From a virus: a DNA stretch of 32,704 bases. A program made the translations under genes and the position numbers. Below the pieces are notes generated by a model. It had not been told where the DNA came from. It did not search any database and saw only the letters and a list, made by a program, of their open reading frames with translations. Below are positions 9,245 to 18,459 of this stretch, in pieces; position 1 is the first letter of the stretch; each line of letters begins with the position of its first letter. The stretch lies in UHGV virus genome UHGV-0173505; one strand, 5' to 3'.

Positions 9245-10144
9245 TTAGAGTTGAAGAATACTTTTAATTCTCATAACTGATCCATCGAAAGTATCGGCTA
9301 TGTGATATATATTTTTTTTGTGGATTCGACTAATCCAAGATGCGGTAGCTTCTTTATCTCTGTCAACTATATAAACATCGGCTTTTGTGTTTTCTATTTC
9401 TGACCATATATGTTTATCATCGGGATTTATTTTAAGGCCAATGATGAATATTTTTGATGATTTTGAAATTTCTGTTTGAAAATCTTTTTGCTGGTTCGCA
9501 ATAAATGAAGGGCAGTGCAGAACAGTTTTGTTAGGATGGTACATTGCGACAGCTGGCGAAAGTGCGGTGTTACTTTTACAGTAATTTATTATCTTTTCAG
9601 CATTGTCATAGATGTCGATGGGACCCTCAAATATTGCATAACTTTTATCGTTAGGGATTTCAAATCTAAGATTAAAGATATTAGCACGTGGTATGAAGTT
9701 TACGGAACCGTGGATTTTTAATACTGGGATATTTTTTGGGATTCGTTCAGATGAACAGTATTGAATTAAATGTCCGACAGATGAAATAGCTTGCTCAATA
9801 AGTAAGTCATAATTTGTTGTTGCAACGCAAATGCTTTTCCTTTTTTTTAACATTTTGAATAATTTGATATATGTATTCCCTTCGTCAATAGTGAAATTTG
9901 CAAGGTAGGAACACATTTGTTTAAGTAATTCAGTTGTATCACTATTTCTTTCTTCGAAAAACCTGATCATACCTTTCTCAGGATCATCAATGAAACAATT
10001 CAAAAGGTCCCCTTCAATCGTTGAGGCGATACCGCCTTCTTCCCTCATTTTCAGGAGCAAATCTCTTCCTAAAGGTGGATTCGTTGGTTTGCATGGACCA
10101 CTGCCATAACTTGCACCTGCGCCGAATAAAAATAGAACTCCCAT
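9245..10144 (-). CDS. Standalone SIR2-like (sirtuin-fold, putative NAD-binding) protein; candidate anti-phage defence gene
   Basis: Ordered motifs FLFGAGASYGSG, TTNYD, KIHGS, FIIGLKINPDD match the GAGxS...TxNxD...HG pattern; start at ATG 10144 with GGAGG RBS (alternative ATG 10171); AT-rich. Confidence 0.6.
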   Translation of the reverse strand: MGVLFLFGAGASYGSGPCKPTNPPLGRDLLLKMREEGGIASTIEGDLLNCFIDDPEKGMIRFFEERNSDTTELLKQMCSYLANFTIDEGNTYIKLFKMLKKRKSICVATTNYDLLIEQAISSVGHLIQYCSSERIPKNIPVLKIHGSVNFIPRANIFNLRFEIPNDKSYAIFEGPIDIYDNAEKIINYCKSNTALSPAVAMYHPNKTVLHCPSFIANQQKDFQTEISKSSKIFIIGLKINPDDKHIWSEIENTKADVYIVDRDKEATASWISRIHKKNIYHIADTFDGSVMRIKSILQL

Positions 10145-10351
10145 GTAACCTCCAGCTTGTTGATTGAGCATGGGGTATTCTGCTTATTTTTGAGCGTAAT
10201 CTCTAGAACAAAATGAGCATATAAGCTTGCAAGTCTATGCCGCATGAATCCGCATGATCGTTTGAGGATTGTTTTAGCTGAGGTCCGCCAGGAATGGCGG
10301 GCTTTTGCTTATGTCATGCAGGTGCATGAAAACCACTACACAAAGCGGGCA

Positions 10352-10370
10352 GGCGTGGCGGGGATACGAG
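10352..10370. other. Probable cos (cohesive end) site, GGCGTGGCGGGGATACGAG
   Basis: Resembles the P2 19-nt cohesive end as I recall it (GGCGAGGCGGGGAAAGCAC); lies in the GC-rich non-coding stretch just downstream of portal gene Q. Confidence 0.45.
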
Positions 10371-10454
10371 CGCGCGCAACGGGGTAAAATGGCCAAAATC
10401 CGGCGCAGCCTCTGGCCCGCTGGCAGCCTCATTTTGCGTAGGGGGAAAATGTCA

Positions 10455-10494
10455 GGACAAAAAGAAACGCCCCGCAGAATGCTGCTGGGGCGTT
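10455..10494 (-). terminator. Rho-independent terminator downstream of Q (end of the leftward P-Q late operon)
   Basis: Stem AACGCCCCGCAG / CTGCTGGGGCGTT with 4-nt loop, followed on the minus strand by TTCTTTTTGT; about 35 nt past the Q stop. Confidence 0.55.
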
Positions 10495-10529
10495 GTGAGA
10501 ATTGGTCAGTTATTGATGTTGTGAGTATG

Positions 10530-11576
10530 TCAGCCTCGTTTGCTCTTAAGTCCTAAGTCATAGGTTTCAAAACGGATCACCTCTTCACCCAGCCAGTTGT
10601 TAAGCTCCTGCAGTCGCTTTTGCAGTGGCATCAGCTCATTGCGGACGAAAACACGGCTCGCCTTTTCCACATCACCGAAGCCGCCAGTGTTGTTGGGAAT
10701 GATACCCATCATTTGCGGCGGTACGCGGTGTGCCGCCATCATGTCGTCCCGACTCACGTTCTTGATGTTCAGAAATTCATCCTTCGCCGCGACTTCCGAC
10801 AACGGGATGATCTGAAGCCCGTCCTTTTTGCCGTTAGGCGAGTACATAAACAGGTTACGGAAGTTACCAGGACCTTTGGCACTTTTCATTGCGTTGCGGA
10901 GGTTGTTCACATCCTCCTGGTTCTGCGCGGCGTCGGTCATGTACATGATGAAGCCCGCATGGCTGCCGTTAATGTAATACTTCCGGCGGAACAGCGTGGC
11001 GGACTCGTTGAGCAGGGCGGATGGAATGGCAGAAAGGTAACCTGGCAGACCATAAATCTCCTGGTTGATATCCGGCTCCATCAGGTGGAAGACGTTACCT
11101 TTTGTGAACTGATACGGCTGTGTCGTCAGGCTGTATTGCACAAACCAGTATGTTTCAAGGTCAAGCCCGCGCCGGGTGTATTTTGCCAGTGCAGGCTCCA
11201 GCGAAATAACTTCACCGAAACGGTTCGTGCGCTTCTCCAGGTAGCCGTTACCAAAAACCAGATAGTCCTGCACAAAACGGGTAAATGCCTGCTGACTGAG
11301 AAGACGATGCGGAATATAGGTACTGCTGATAATGTCACGCTTAACACTGATGGGGGAGCTGTGATGCACAGCGGCGCGGAAGGTGCGCGCCAGTCCGTCA
11401 AAGCTGACGGGCGGCTCATACCAGCGATCTGTCTGTACGCATTCCACATAGTCCAGCAGTTCGCGGCGGTCAAGTACTGGAACGGGATCACCGAAGCTGA
11501 ATGCTTCGGCTGAAGTCTGGCTTTTATGCTGAATCTGGTTCGTCGACGCAGCGCGGTTCTTCTTACTCTTTCCCAT
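10530..11576 (-). CDS. Q: Portal protein Q
   Basis: 348 aa from ATG 11576; overlaps the P stop by 1 nt; position and size match P2 Q. Confidence 0.85.
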   Translation of the reverse strand: MGKSKKNRAASTNQIQHKSQTSAEAFSFGDPVPVLDRRELLDYVECVQTDRWYEPPVSFDGLARTFRAAVHHSSPISVKRDIISSTYIPHRLLSQQAFTRFVQDYLVFGNGYLEKRTNRFGEVISLEPALAKYTRRGLDLETYWFVQYSLTTQPYQFTKGNVFHLMEPDINQEIYGLPGYLSAIPSALLNESATLFRRKYYINGSHAGFIMYMTDAAQNQEDVNNLRNAMKSAKGPGNFRNLFMYSPNGKKDGLQIIPLSEVAAKDEFLNIKNVSRDDMMAAHRVPPQMMGIIPNNTGGFGDVEKASRVFVRNELMPLQKRLQELNNWLGEEVIRFETYDLGLKSKRG

Positions 11577-13342
11577 CAAAAAATCTCCACAATATTGCTG
11601 GTATTGGCGGACTCGCCCTGCAGCGGTTCGTTGAACAGTGCGTGCATTGTTGCCCAGGCCAGATCGGCGTGGCTGGCTTCTTCGCTGCGGCTGGCTTCAT
11701 AGGTCGGGCGGTTGCCGCTGGCGGTGGTTGCGCGACGGATTGCCATGAATGACTGCGCAATGTCGGTGTGTCCGGCGTCAAACTCCAGACGGCGGTGGCT
11801 GATAATGTCGTAGGCCTTGAGTACCAGGGCATTTTTAACATTGGGGTTATAGACAAACTCCCGGACGGCAGGAAAGAACGCTTTCACGTTCTCATAAACC
11901 CCGTGACCAACGCCGGTCGAGTCGATACCGATATACGTAACGTTGTACTGTTCGGTGAGTTTTTTGATGGCGTCAGCCTGGGCGCGGAAGTCCATCCCGC
12001 GCCACTGGTGACGCTCAAGAATGCGGAACTTACCACCCGGCACGGCTGGCGGAGCCACCACCACGCATCCGGCACTGTCGCCGTTCTGCGTACCTTTTGC
12101 CGGGTCATAACCGATCCACACTTCGCGCCAGCCAAACGGGCGCAGCGCCAGTGCATGAAAGTCGGTCCAGACTTCCCAGCTGTCCACCATGCACGCCTGC
12201 AGCTCGCTGAGCGGGAACACGGATGCGAGATCGTCCACGAACTCACACATCAGCAGGTTCTGGTATTCGTCCGGGCTGTACTCCATGCGCAACTGGTCGA
12301 GGTCGAACAGGTTACAGCCGCCGCGCACCGCATCTTCCACGGTGACTATCTGGCGGTATTGCCCGTCTGCGCACAGCAGGCCGGGGGCCAGATTGCTGTG
12401 GGACAGGTCGATGTCCACCTTGTCAGCTTTGTTGCGCCCACGGTTGAACAGCGCACCGGACCAGAACGGATAAGCACTGTGGGTCAGACTGGATGGTGTG
12501 GAAAAATAGGTCTGCCGCCATTTCTTGTGAATAGCCATACCGGAAGCCACTTTGCGTAGCTCCTGAAATTTCGGTATCCAGAAATATTCATCCAGATACA
12601 GGTTGCCGTGATAACTCTGGGCCGTGCGGGCATTGGTGCCGAGGAAGTAAAGCGTGGCCCCGTTAGGAAGCACCATCGGATCGCCTTTCAGCTCCACCTC
12701 CACTTCTTTGGCGAAGTCGATGATGTACTGCTTAAAGACGTGGGCCTGTGCCTTACTGGCGGAAAGGAAAATCTGGTTACGCCCGGTAAGCAGGGCGTCA
12801 ATCAGGGCTTCACGGGCAAAGTAAAAGGTCGCGCCGATCTGGCGTGACTTCAGCAGGTTGCGGATGCGGTTGGTTTTTCCGGCTTCCCACCAGTGGCGCT
12901 GGTAGTTGAACATGGAGGAATGGAAGATTTCTTCCAGCTTCTCAATCTGTTCATCGGTGAAAACATTCTTTTCCGGCTGACGGCGCGGGCCTTTGTTGCG
13001 GTTGGCGACGTTTGGGTTTAAGTCGGCTTCGTTGCCGCCATTGTTAAACTTGCCGATCCGCGCGTGGCGTTCCGACTGGCGCGCCAGCAGGTCAATCTCT
13101 TTGAAATCTTTCCCTTCTTTGTGCTCCTTCATAATGAGCTGGCAGTAGCGTGCGGCGGTGGTGAGCTGCATCTGATCCAGCGGCCCATAGTCACCCCACT
13201 TGTCGCGTTTTTTCCAGCTGTGAACGGTTGCAACTTTCTCGCCCAGCATTTCAGCAATGCGGGCTACGCGGTATCCCTGAAAGTACAGCAGCATGGCCTG
13301 CCGACGGGGATCGAGATCTGCGGGTGTCAGTGTGGTGTTCAT
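11576..13342 (-). CDS. P: Terminase large subunit (ATPase) P
   Basis: 588 aa, ATG 13342; divergent from O across the late promoter region. Confidence 0.85.
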   Translation of the reverse strand: MNTTLTPADLDPRRQAMLLYFQGYRVARIAEMLGEKVATVHSWKKRDKWGDYGPLDQMQLTTAARYCQLIMKEHKEGKDFKEIDLLARQSERHARIGKFNNGGNEADLNPNVANRNKGPRRQPEKNVFTDEQIEKLEEIFHSSMFNYQRHWWEAGKTNRIRNLLKSRQIGATFYFAREALIDALLTGRNQIFLSASKAQAHVFKQYIIDFAKEVEVELKGDPMVLPNGATLYFLGTNARTAQSYHGNLYLDEYFWIPKFQELRKVASGMAIHKKWRQTYFSTPSSLTHSAYPFWSGALFNRGRNKADKVDIDLSHSNLAPGLLCADGQYRQIVTVEDAVRGGCNLFDLDQLRMEYSPDEYQNLLMCEFVDDLASVFPLSELQACMVDSWEVWTDFHALALRPFGWREVWIGYDPAKGTQNGDSAGCVVVAPPAVPGGKFRILERHQWRGMDFRAQADAIKKLTEQYNVTYIGIDSTGVGHGVYENVKAFFPAVREFVYNPNVKNALVLKAYDIISHRRLEFDAGHTDIAQSFMAIRRATTASGNRPTYEASRSEEASHADLAWATMHALFNEPLQGESANTSNIVEIF

Positions 13343-13388
13343 GGCACAAACCTACAGCCTTGAATGAAGGCTTTCCCCGCCTGCGGTT

Positions 13389-13406
13389 TGTGTGGTTGTC
13401 GGTACA
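13389..13406. promoter_or_regulatory. Ogr/Delta-type late-activator site (TGT-N12-ACA) in the P/O divergent late promoter region
   Basis: TGTgtggttgtcggtACA about 88 bp upstream of the O start; near-identical to the site upstream of FI. Confidence 0.55.
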
Positions 13407-13484
13407 AATACCGCGCATTGTTTCACTGCCCCCATCACCGCAACCATAAGGCTCCAGTAAGTTTTTTCTAACGGAGCACGGCTC

Positions 13485-14318
13485 ATGACAGTGAAAGCAA
13501 AGCGTTTTCGCATCGGGGTGGAAGGTGCCACCACCGACGGACGCGAAATCCAGCGTGAATGGCTGGAACAGATGGCAGCCAGCTACAACCCGGCGGTGTA
13601 TACCGCGCTGATTAACCTTGAGCACATCAAGTCTTATCTGCCGGACAGCACTTTTAACCGCTACGGCAAGGTGACGGCGCTGTTTGCTGAAGAAATCACG
13701 GAAGGTCCGCTGGCAGGCAAGATGGCACTGTATGCCGACGTTGAGCCAACGGAGTCCCTGGTGGAACTGGTGAAAAAAGGCCAGAAATTATTCACCTCTA
13801 TGGAAGTCAGCCCTAAGTTCGCTGATACGGGCAAAGCCTACCTGGTTGGACTGGCCGCCACTGATGATCCAGCCAGTCTGGGTACGGAAATGCTGACATT
13901 CAGCGCCAGTGCAGCCCATAACCCGCTGGCAAACCGCAAGCAGAATCCCGCGAATCTTTTTACCGCTGCAGAGGAAACAGTGATCGAACTGGAAGAAGTC
14001 CAGGACGAAAAACCATCCCTGTTTGCCCGTGTCACGGCGCTGTTCACCAAAAAAGAGCAGTCCGATGATGCCCGGTTCTCTGATGTGCATAAGGCCGTGG
14101 AGCTGGTCGCCACTGAGCAGCAAAACCTGAGTGCGTGCACCGAAAAATCCCTGTCTGAACAGGAAGAACGCCTGTCTGAGCTGGAGACAGCCCTGCAGGC
14201 ACAGTTGACCGCCTTTAACGAACTGGTGGACAAGCTGAGCCATGAAGACAGCCGCCAGGACTACCGCCAGCGTGCAACAGGCGGTAACGCCCCCGCTGAC
14301 ACTCTGACCAATTGCTGA
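13485..14318 (+). CDS. O: Capsid scaffolding protein O
   Basis: 277 aa, ATG 13485; acidic/coiled-coil character; position before N. Confidence 0.8.
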   Translation: MTVKAKRFRIGVEGATTDGREIQREWLEQMAASYNPAVYTALINLEHIKSYLPDSTFNRYGKVTALFAEEITEGPLAGKMALYADVEPTESLVELVKKGQKLFTSMEVSPKFADTGKAYLVGLAATDDPASLGTEMLTFSASAAHNPLANRKQNPANLFTAAEETVIELEEVQDEKPSLFARVTALFTKKEQSDDARFSDVHKAVELVATEQQNLSACTEKSLSEQEERLSELETALQAQLTAFNELVDKLSHEDSRQDYRQRATGGNAPADTLTNC

Positions 14319-14334
14319 TGGAGCACAAAACCTG

Positions 14335-15393
14335 ATGAAGAAGAATACCCGCTTTGCTTTTAACGCTTACCTGCAGCAGCTGGCGCGTCTGAACGGTGTG
14401 GCAGTTGAAGAACTGTCCAGCAAGTTCACCGTGGAGCCGTCTGTACAGCAGACGCTGGAAGACCAGATCCAGCAGTCCGCCGCTTTCCTGACGCTGATTA
14501 ACGTCACGCCAGTGACTGAGCAGTCCGGTCAGCTGCTGGGGTTGGGTGTTGGTAGCACCATTGCCGGAACCACTGACACCACCGCGAAAGAGCGTGAACC
14601 TGTCGATCCTACGCTGATGGTCGATGTGGAATACAAATGCGAGCAGACCAACTTTGACACGGTGCTGACCTACGCGAAGCTGGACCTGTGGGCGAAATTT
14701 CAGGATTTCCAGGTGCGTATCCGTGACGCCATCGTGAAACGTCAGGCACTGGACCGCATCATGATCGGCTTTAACGGCGTGAAGCGTGCGAAAACCTCAA
14801 ACCGTAGCGAAAACCCGCTGCTGCAGGATGTGAACAAAGGCTGGCTGCAGAAAATCCGTGAGGATGCACCGGATCACGTCATGGGCAGCACCACCACAGG
14901 CGGTGAAACCACACCGGGCGCGGTGAAAGTCGGTAAAGGTGGCGAATATGCCAACCTGGACGCCGTGGTGATGGATGCCGTCAATGAGCTTATCGACGTG
15001 GTCTACCAGGACGATGACGATCTGGTGGTGATTTGCGGTCGTGAACTGTTGTCTGACAAGTATTTCCCACTGGTCAACAAAGAGCAGGAAAACAGTGAAA
15101 AACTCGCTGCCGATATGATCATCAGTCAGAAACGCATGGGTGGCCTGCAGGCCGTGCGTGCGCCGTTCTTCCCGCCGAATGCGCTGCTGATCACCCGTCT
15201 GGATAACCTGTCCATCTACTGGCAGGAAGACACCCGCCGCCGTTCAGTTATCGACAACCCGAAACGTGACCGGATTGAAAATTTTGAATCCGTTAACGAA
15301 GCCTACGTGGTTGAGGACTACCGCTGCGCCGCACTGGTGGAAAACATCCAGATTGGCGACTTCAGCGCCGCCGCAGCAGAAACCGGAGCGTAA
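14335..15393 (+). CDS. N: Major capsid protein N
   Basis: 352 aa; recalled strong similarity to P2 gpN (TRFAFNAYL..., KFTVEPSVQQTL..., C-terminal GDFSAAAAETGA). Confidence 0.9.
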   Translation: MKKNTRFAFNAYLQQLARLNGVAVEELSSKFTVEPSVQQTLEDQIQQSAAFLTLINVTPVTEQSGQLLGLGVGSTIAGTTDTTAKEREPVDPTLMVDVEYKCEQTNFDTVLTYAKLDLWAKFQDFQVRIRDAIVKRQALDRIMIGFNGVKRAKTSNRSENPLLQDVNKGWLQKIREDAPDHVMGSTTTGGETTPGAVKVGKGGEYANLDAVVMDAVNELIDVVYQDDDDLVVICGRELLSDKYFPLVNKEQENSEKLAADMIISQKRMGGLQAVRAPFFPPNALLITRLDNLSIYWQEDTRRRSVIDNPKRDRIENFESVNEAYVVEDYRCAALVENIQIGDFSAAAAETGA

Positions 15394-15396
15394 TCC

Positions 15397-16047
15397 ATGA
15401 GCCTGAGTCCCGCACGGCAGCATCGCCTGCGCGTTCAGGCTGAACAGGTCGCCCGCGAGGGCGGCAGTGTTCGCCACGCATCGGGCTATGACCTGATGCT
15501 GCTGCAACTGGCGGAAGACCGCCGCCGTCTCAAGGGCGTTCAGTCCACGGTCAAAAAAGCGGAAATCAAGGTGGAGCTGCTGCCGAAGTACGCCGCCTGG
15601 GCAGAGGGGGTCCTGGCTGCCGGAGGCGCTCAACAGGATGACGTGCTGATGTACGTGATGCTGTGGCGCATTGATGCCGGAGATTATGCCGGGGCGCTGG
15701 AGATCGGGCGTCACGCCCTGCGTCATGGCTGGGTGATGCCGTTGGGTAACCGCAACGTGCAGACCGTGCTGGCAGAGGAAATGGCAGACGCGGCGCAGAG
15801 CGCAATGCTTGCCGCCACCGGCTTTGATGCTGATCTGTTGCTGCAGACGCTGGAGCTGACAGACGGTCTGGATATGCCGGACCAGTCACGGGCACGTCTG
15901 CATAAAGCGATTGGCGCTGTCCTGAGTGAAAGCAATCCGGCTTCCGCCCTTAATCATCTCAACCATGCGTTACAGCTCGATCCCCGCTGTGGCGTGAAAA
16001 AAGACAAACAGCAGCTGGAGCGCAGACTGCGCAATGACAGCCGCTGA
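15397..16047 (+). CDS. M: Terminase small (endonuclease) subunit M
   Basis: 216 aa directly after N, P2 order. Confidence 0.75.
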   Translation: MSLSPARQHRLRVQAEQVAREGGSVRHASGYDLMLLQLAEDRRRLKGVQSTVKKAEIKVELLPKYAAWAEGVLAAGGAQQDDVLMYVMLWRIDAGDYAGALEIGRHALRHGWVMPLGNRNVQTVLAEEMADAAQSAMLAATGFDADLLLQTLELTDGLDMPDQSRARLHKAIGAVLSESNPASALNHLNHALQLDPRCGVKKDKQQLERRLRNDSR

Positions 16048-16142
16048 CAGAACGTGCCCCCGCGCACGGGCGGCACGGGGTGGCGAAAGGCACTGCCACA
16101 TCAAAACCCCGTCCACCGCCCTTTATTTCAGGAGAAAGCAGC

Positions 16143-16607
16143 ATGAAGTTTGTTGCGCCAGAACAGGCACCGGAACAGGCGGAAATCATCAGAAATACAC
16201 CGTTCTGGCCTGATGTGGACCTGTCGGAGTTTCGCAGCGTGATGCGCACTGACGGCACGGTGACGCAGCCGCGTTTAAAGCAGGTTGCGCTGTCGGCAAT
16301 TTCGGAGGTCAACGCAGAGCTGTATGAGTTTCGCAGACGCCAGCAGATGCTGGGGTATGCCTCGCTGGCAGAGGTTCCGGCGGAACAGCTGGACGGCAAA
16401 AGTGAGCGCATTCAGCACTATTTCAACGCGGTTTACTGCTGGGCACGCGCCATGCTCAACGAACGTTACCAGGACTATGACGCCACGGCGTCCGGTGTGA
16501 AGCGGGGCGAGGAACTGGCGGAAGCAAGCGGTGATTTGTGGCGTGACGCCCGCTGGGCCATCAGCCGGGTGCAGGATGCGCCGCACTGCACAGTGGAGCT
16601 TATCTGA
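16143..16607 (+). CDS. L: Head completion/stabilisation protein L
   Basis: ATG 16143 with AGGAG RBS (MKFVAPEQ...); stop overlaps the X start. Confidence 0.75.
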   Translation: MKFVAPEQAPEQAEIIRNTPFWPDVDLSEFRSVMRTDGTVTQPRLKQVALSAISEVNAELYEFRRRQQMLGYASLAEVPAEQLDGKSERIQHYFNAVYCWARAMLNERYQDYDATASGVKRGEELAEASGDLWRDARWAISRVQDAPHCTVELI

Positions 16608-16810
16608 TGAAAGTGCTTGCGCATCAGTATGACACGGTGGACGCGCTTTGCTGGCGTCATTACGGGCGCACGCAGGGTGTCACGGAGCAGGTACTGAAGG
16701 CAAATCCGGGGCTTGCCGAATACGGCCCCTTTTTACCTCACGGGCTGCAGGTGGAGTTGCCGGACATTCCGACCACCACCACCGTGCAGACCGTCCAGCT
16801 ATGGGACTGA
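16607..16810 (+). CDS. X: Tail protein X
   Basis: 67 aa, same size and position as P2 gpX. Confidence 0.75.
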   Translation: MKVLAHQYDTVDALCWRHYGRTQGVTEQVLKANPGLAEYGPFLPHGLQVELPDIPTTTTVQTVQLWD

Positions 16811-16813
16811 ATT

Positions 16814-17029
16814 ATGACGCTTGAGCGAATCAGCGCCTTTATCACGTATTGCATCGCCGTCGTGCTGGCCTGGCTGGGCGATTTGTCCATCAAGGATGCC
16901 TCAACGCTGGGCGGCCTGATGATTGGTGTGCTGATGCTGGCTATCAACTGGTACTACAAACACAAAGCCTACCAGCTTCTGCGCGACGGGCAGATCTCGC
17001 GGGAGGACTATGAATCCATCAATCGTTAA
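16814..17029 (+). CDS. Y: Holin (two transmembrane segments; pinholin-like, 71 aa)
   Basis: Small membrane protein with two hydrophobic segments and charged C-terminus immediately before the endolysin. Confidence 0.6.
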   Translation: MTLERISAFITYCIAVVLAWLGDLSIKDASTLGGLMIGVLMLAINWYYKHKAYQLLRDGQISREDYESINR

Positions 17030-17522
17030 ACGCTGCCTTGTCGGGGCCGTGCTGGCTATTGCTGCCGCGCTACCGGGTTTTCAGCAGCTTCACACCTCCG
17101 TGGAGGGGCTGAAACTGATTGCCGATTACGAAGGCTGTCGTCTGCAGCCGTATCAGTGCAGCGCGGGTGTCTGGACCGACGGCATTGGTAATACATCTGG
17201 CGTCATTCCAGGCAAAACCATTACGGAACGACAGGCCGCGGAAGGGCTGATCTCCAACGTGCTGCGTGTGGAGCGGGCACTGGAAAGGTGTGTGAAGCAA
17301 CAGCCACCGCAGAAAGTGTATGACGCGGTGGTGTCATTTGCCTTCAACGTGGGGACAGGCAATGCCTGCAGTTCCACGCTGGTGAAATTGCTCAATCAGC
17401 GGCGCTGGGCGGATGCGTGCCGACAGTTGCCGCGCTGGGTTTATGTAAAAGGTGTGTTTAATCAGGGGCTGGATAACCGCCGTGCGCGGGAGATGGCCTG
17501 GTGTTTACAGGGAGCAAACTGA
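17010..17522 (+). CDS. K: SAR endolysin (phage-21 R-type lysozyme with N-terminal signal-anchor-release domain)
   Basis: Hydrophobic Gly/Ala-rich N-terminus, then YEGCRLQPYQCSAGVWTDGIGNT and FAFNVGTGN, recalled as similar to the phage 21 R lysozyme. Confidence 0.8.
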   Translation: MNPSIVKRCLVGAVLAIAAALPGFQQLHTSVEGLKLIADYEGCRLQPYQCSAGVWTDGIGNTSGVIPGKTITERQAAEGLISNVLRVERALERCVKQQPPQKVYDAVVSFAFNVGTGNACSSTLVKLLNQRRWADACRQLPRWVYVKGVFNQGLDNRRAREMAWCLQGAN

Positions 17523-17523
17523 A

Positions 17524-17901
17524 ATGAAAAAGAAATTAATCAGCGGACTGTTTCTGATGTTATGGATGGCGCTGTTAATCGCAGCAATGGTGTATCCGCA
17601 GGGGATTTTTCCGGTACTGGCAGCGTCCGGCGTTTGGGTAGCCTGTTTGCTGACATGGGCGGTAATTCCGGTAGCACTGGTTGCGTTAATTAAGAATGGC
17701 CCGCTCTGGCAGGAGTTGAGGGCATCTTTGCTGAAGACAATTACCCGAAAAGAAAACGTATTTATCAGCTGGGTGATGCGATTGCTGATTGTCGTAAGTC
17801 TCGCCTGGACGGGGTGGGCTATTACCCTGGTCTTTTATCTGCTGACCGTTATTGCCTTCTGGATCACCCGTAATCAGATGGCGCAACAGGTAGCAGCATG
17901 A
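17524..17901 (+). CDS. lysA: LysA-like lysis-cassette membrane protein (about 4 TM helices)
   Basis: ATG 17524 (MKKKLISGLF...); strongly hydrophobic; position of P2 lysA. Confidence 0.6.
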   Translation: MKKKLISGLFLMLWMALLIAAMVYPQGIFPVLAASGVWVACLLTWAVIPVALVALIKNGPLWQELRASLLKTITRKENVFISWVMRLLIVVSLAWTGWAITLVFYLLTVIAFWITRNQMAQQVAA

Positions 17902-18326
17902 ACCGGTTGCTGCTGGTTGTGCTGGCGTTATTACTGGCGGCGCTGGGCTGGCAGACGTGGCGGCTGGCTGATGCCAGCCAGACCATCAGCACGCAGGCAG
18001 ACGAGCTGCAGAGCAAAAGCCAGGCACTGGCAAAGAGCAACAGCCAGCTTATCAGCCTGTCCATTCTGACTGAAACCAATAACCGGGAGCAGGCGCGGCT
18101 CTATGCCGAAGCAGAACAGACCAGCACACAGCTGAGACAACGACAACGCCGGATCGAGGAACTGAAACGTGAGAACGAGGATTTACGCCACTGGGCTGAT
18201 ACTCCTTTGCCTGCTGACATTATCCGGCTGCGGGAACGTCCGGCACTCACCGGAGGTGCAGCTTACCGTCAGTGGTTGTCCGCGAGTGACGCCGTGTCGG
18301 CTGGAGCAGGCAGCACCGCGCACTAA
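17898..18326 (+). CDS. lysB: Rz-like inner-membrane spanin (LysB)
   Basis: N-terminal TM helix followed by Gln/Arg-rich coiled-coil region; contains the embedded lysC. Confidence 0.7.
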   Translation: MNRLLLVVLALLLAALGWQTWRLADASQTISTQADELQSKSQALAKSNSQLISLSILTETNNREQARLYAEAEQTSTQLRQRQRRIEELKRENEDLRHWADTPLPADIIRLRERPALTGGAAYRQWLSASDAVSAGAGSTAH

Positions 18327-18459
18327 CGGTGATCTGAATGCGTTGCTGGATGAAACGGAGGCCGCCTGGGCGGTCTGTGCAGACAAAGTGGACATGATTA
18401 TTGCGTGTCAGGAGCGAAACAGTGAACAAACCACAATCCCTGCGCCACGCCCTCAATAA
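18169..18459 (+). CDS. lysC: Rz1-like outer-membrane lipoprotein spanin (LysC), embedded in the +1 frame of lysB
   Basis: GTG start with GAGGA RBS; lipobox LTLSGC; Pro-rich mature part. Confidence 0.6.
   Translation: MRTRIYATGLILLCLLTLSGCGNVRHSPEVQLTVSGCPRVTPCRLEQAAPRTNGDLNALLDETEAAWAVCADKVDMIIACQERNSEQTTIPAPRPQ

Noticed and set aside
10305-10556. 83-aa plus-strand ORF in the cos region
   Set aside because: It runs through the probable cos 19-mer and the Q terminator hairpin, has no convincing RBS and an Arg/Gly-rich composition typical of a GC-rich non-coding read-through.
10620-12559. Long plus-strand ORFs (10620-11513 and 11768-12559)
   Set aside because: Antisense to portal Q and terminase P, which have far better family support and operon context.
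13788-14243. Minus-strand ORFs of 151 and 131 aa
   Set aside because: Antisense to scaffold gene O; Ser/Cys-rich low-complexity translation.
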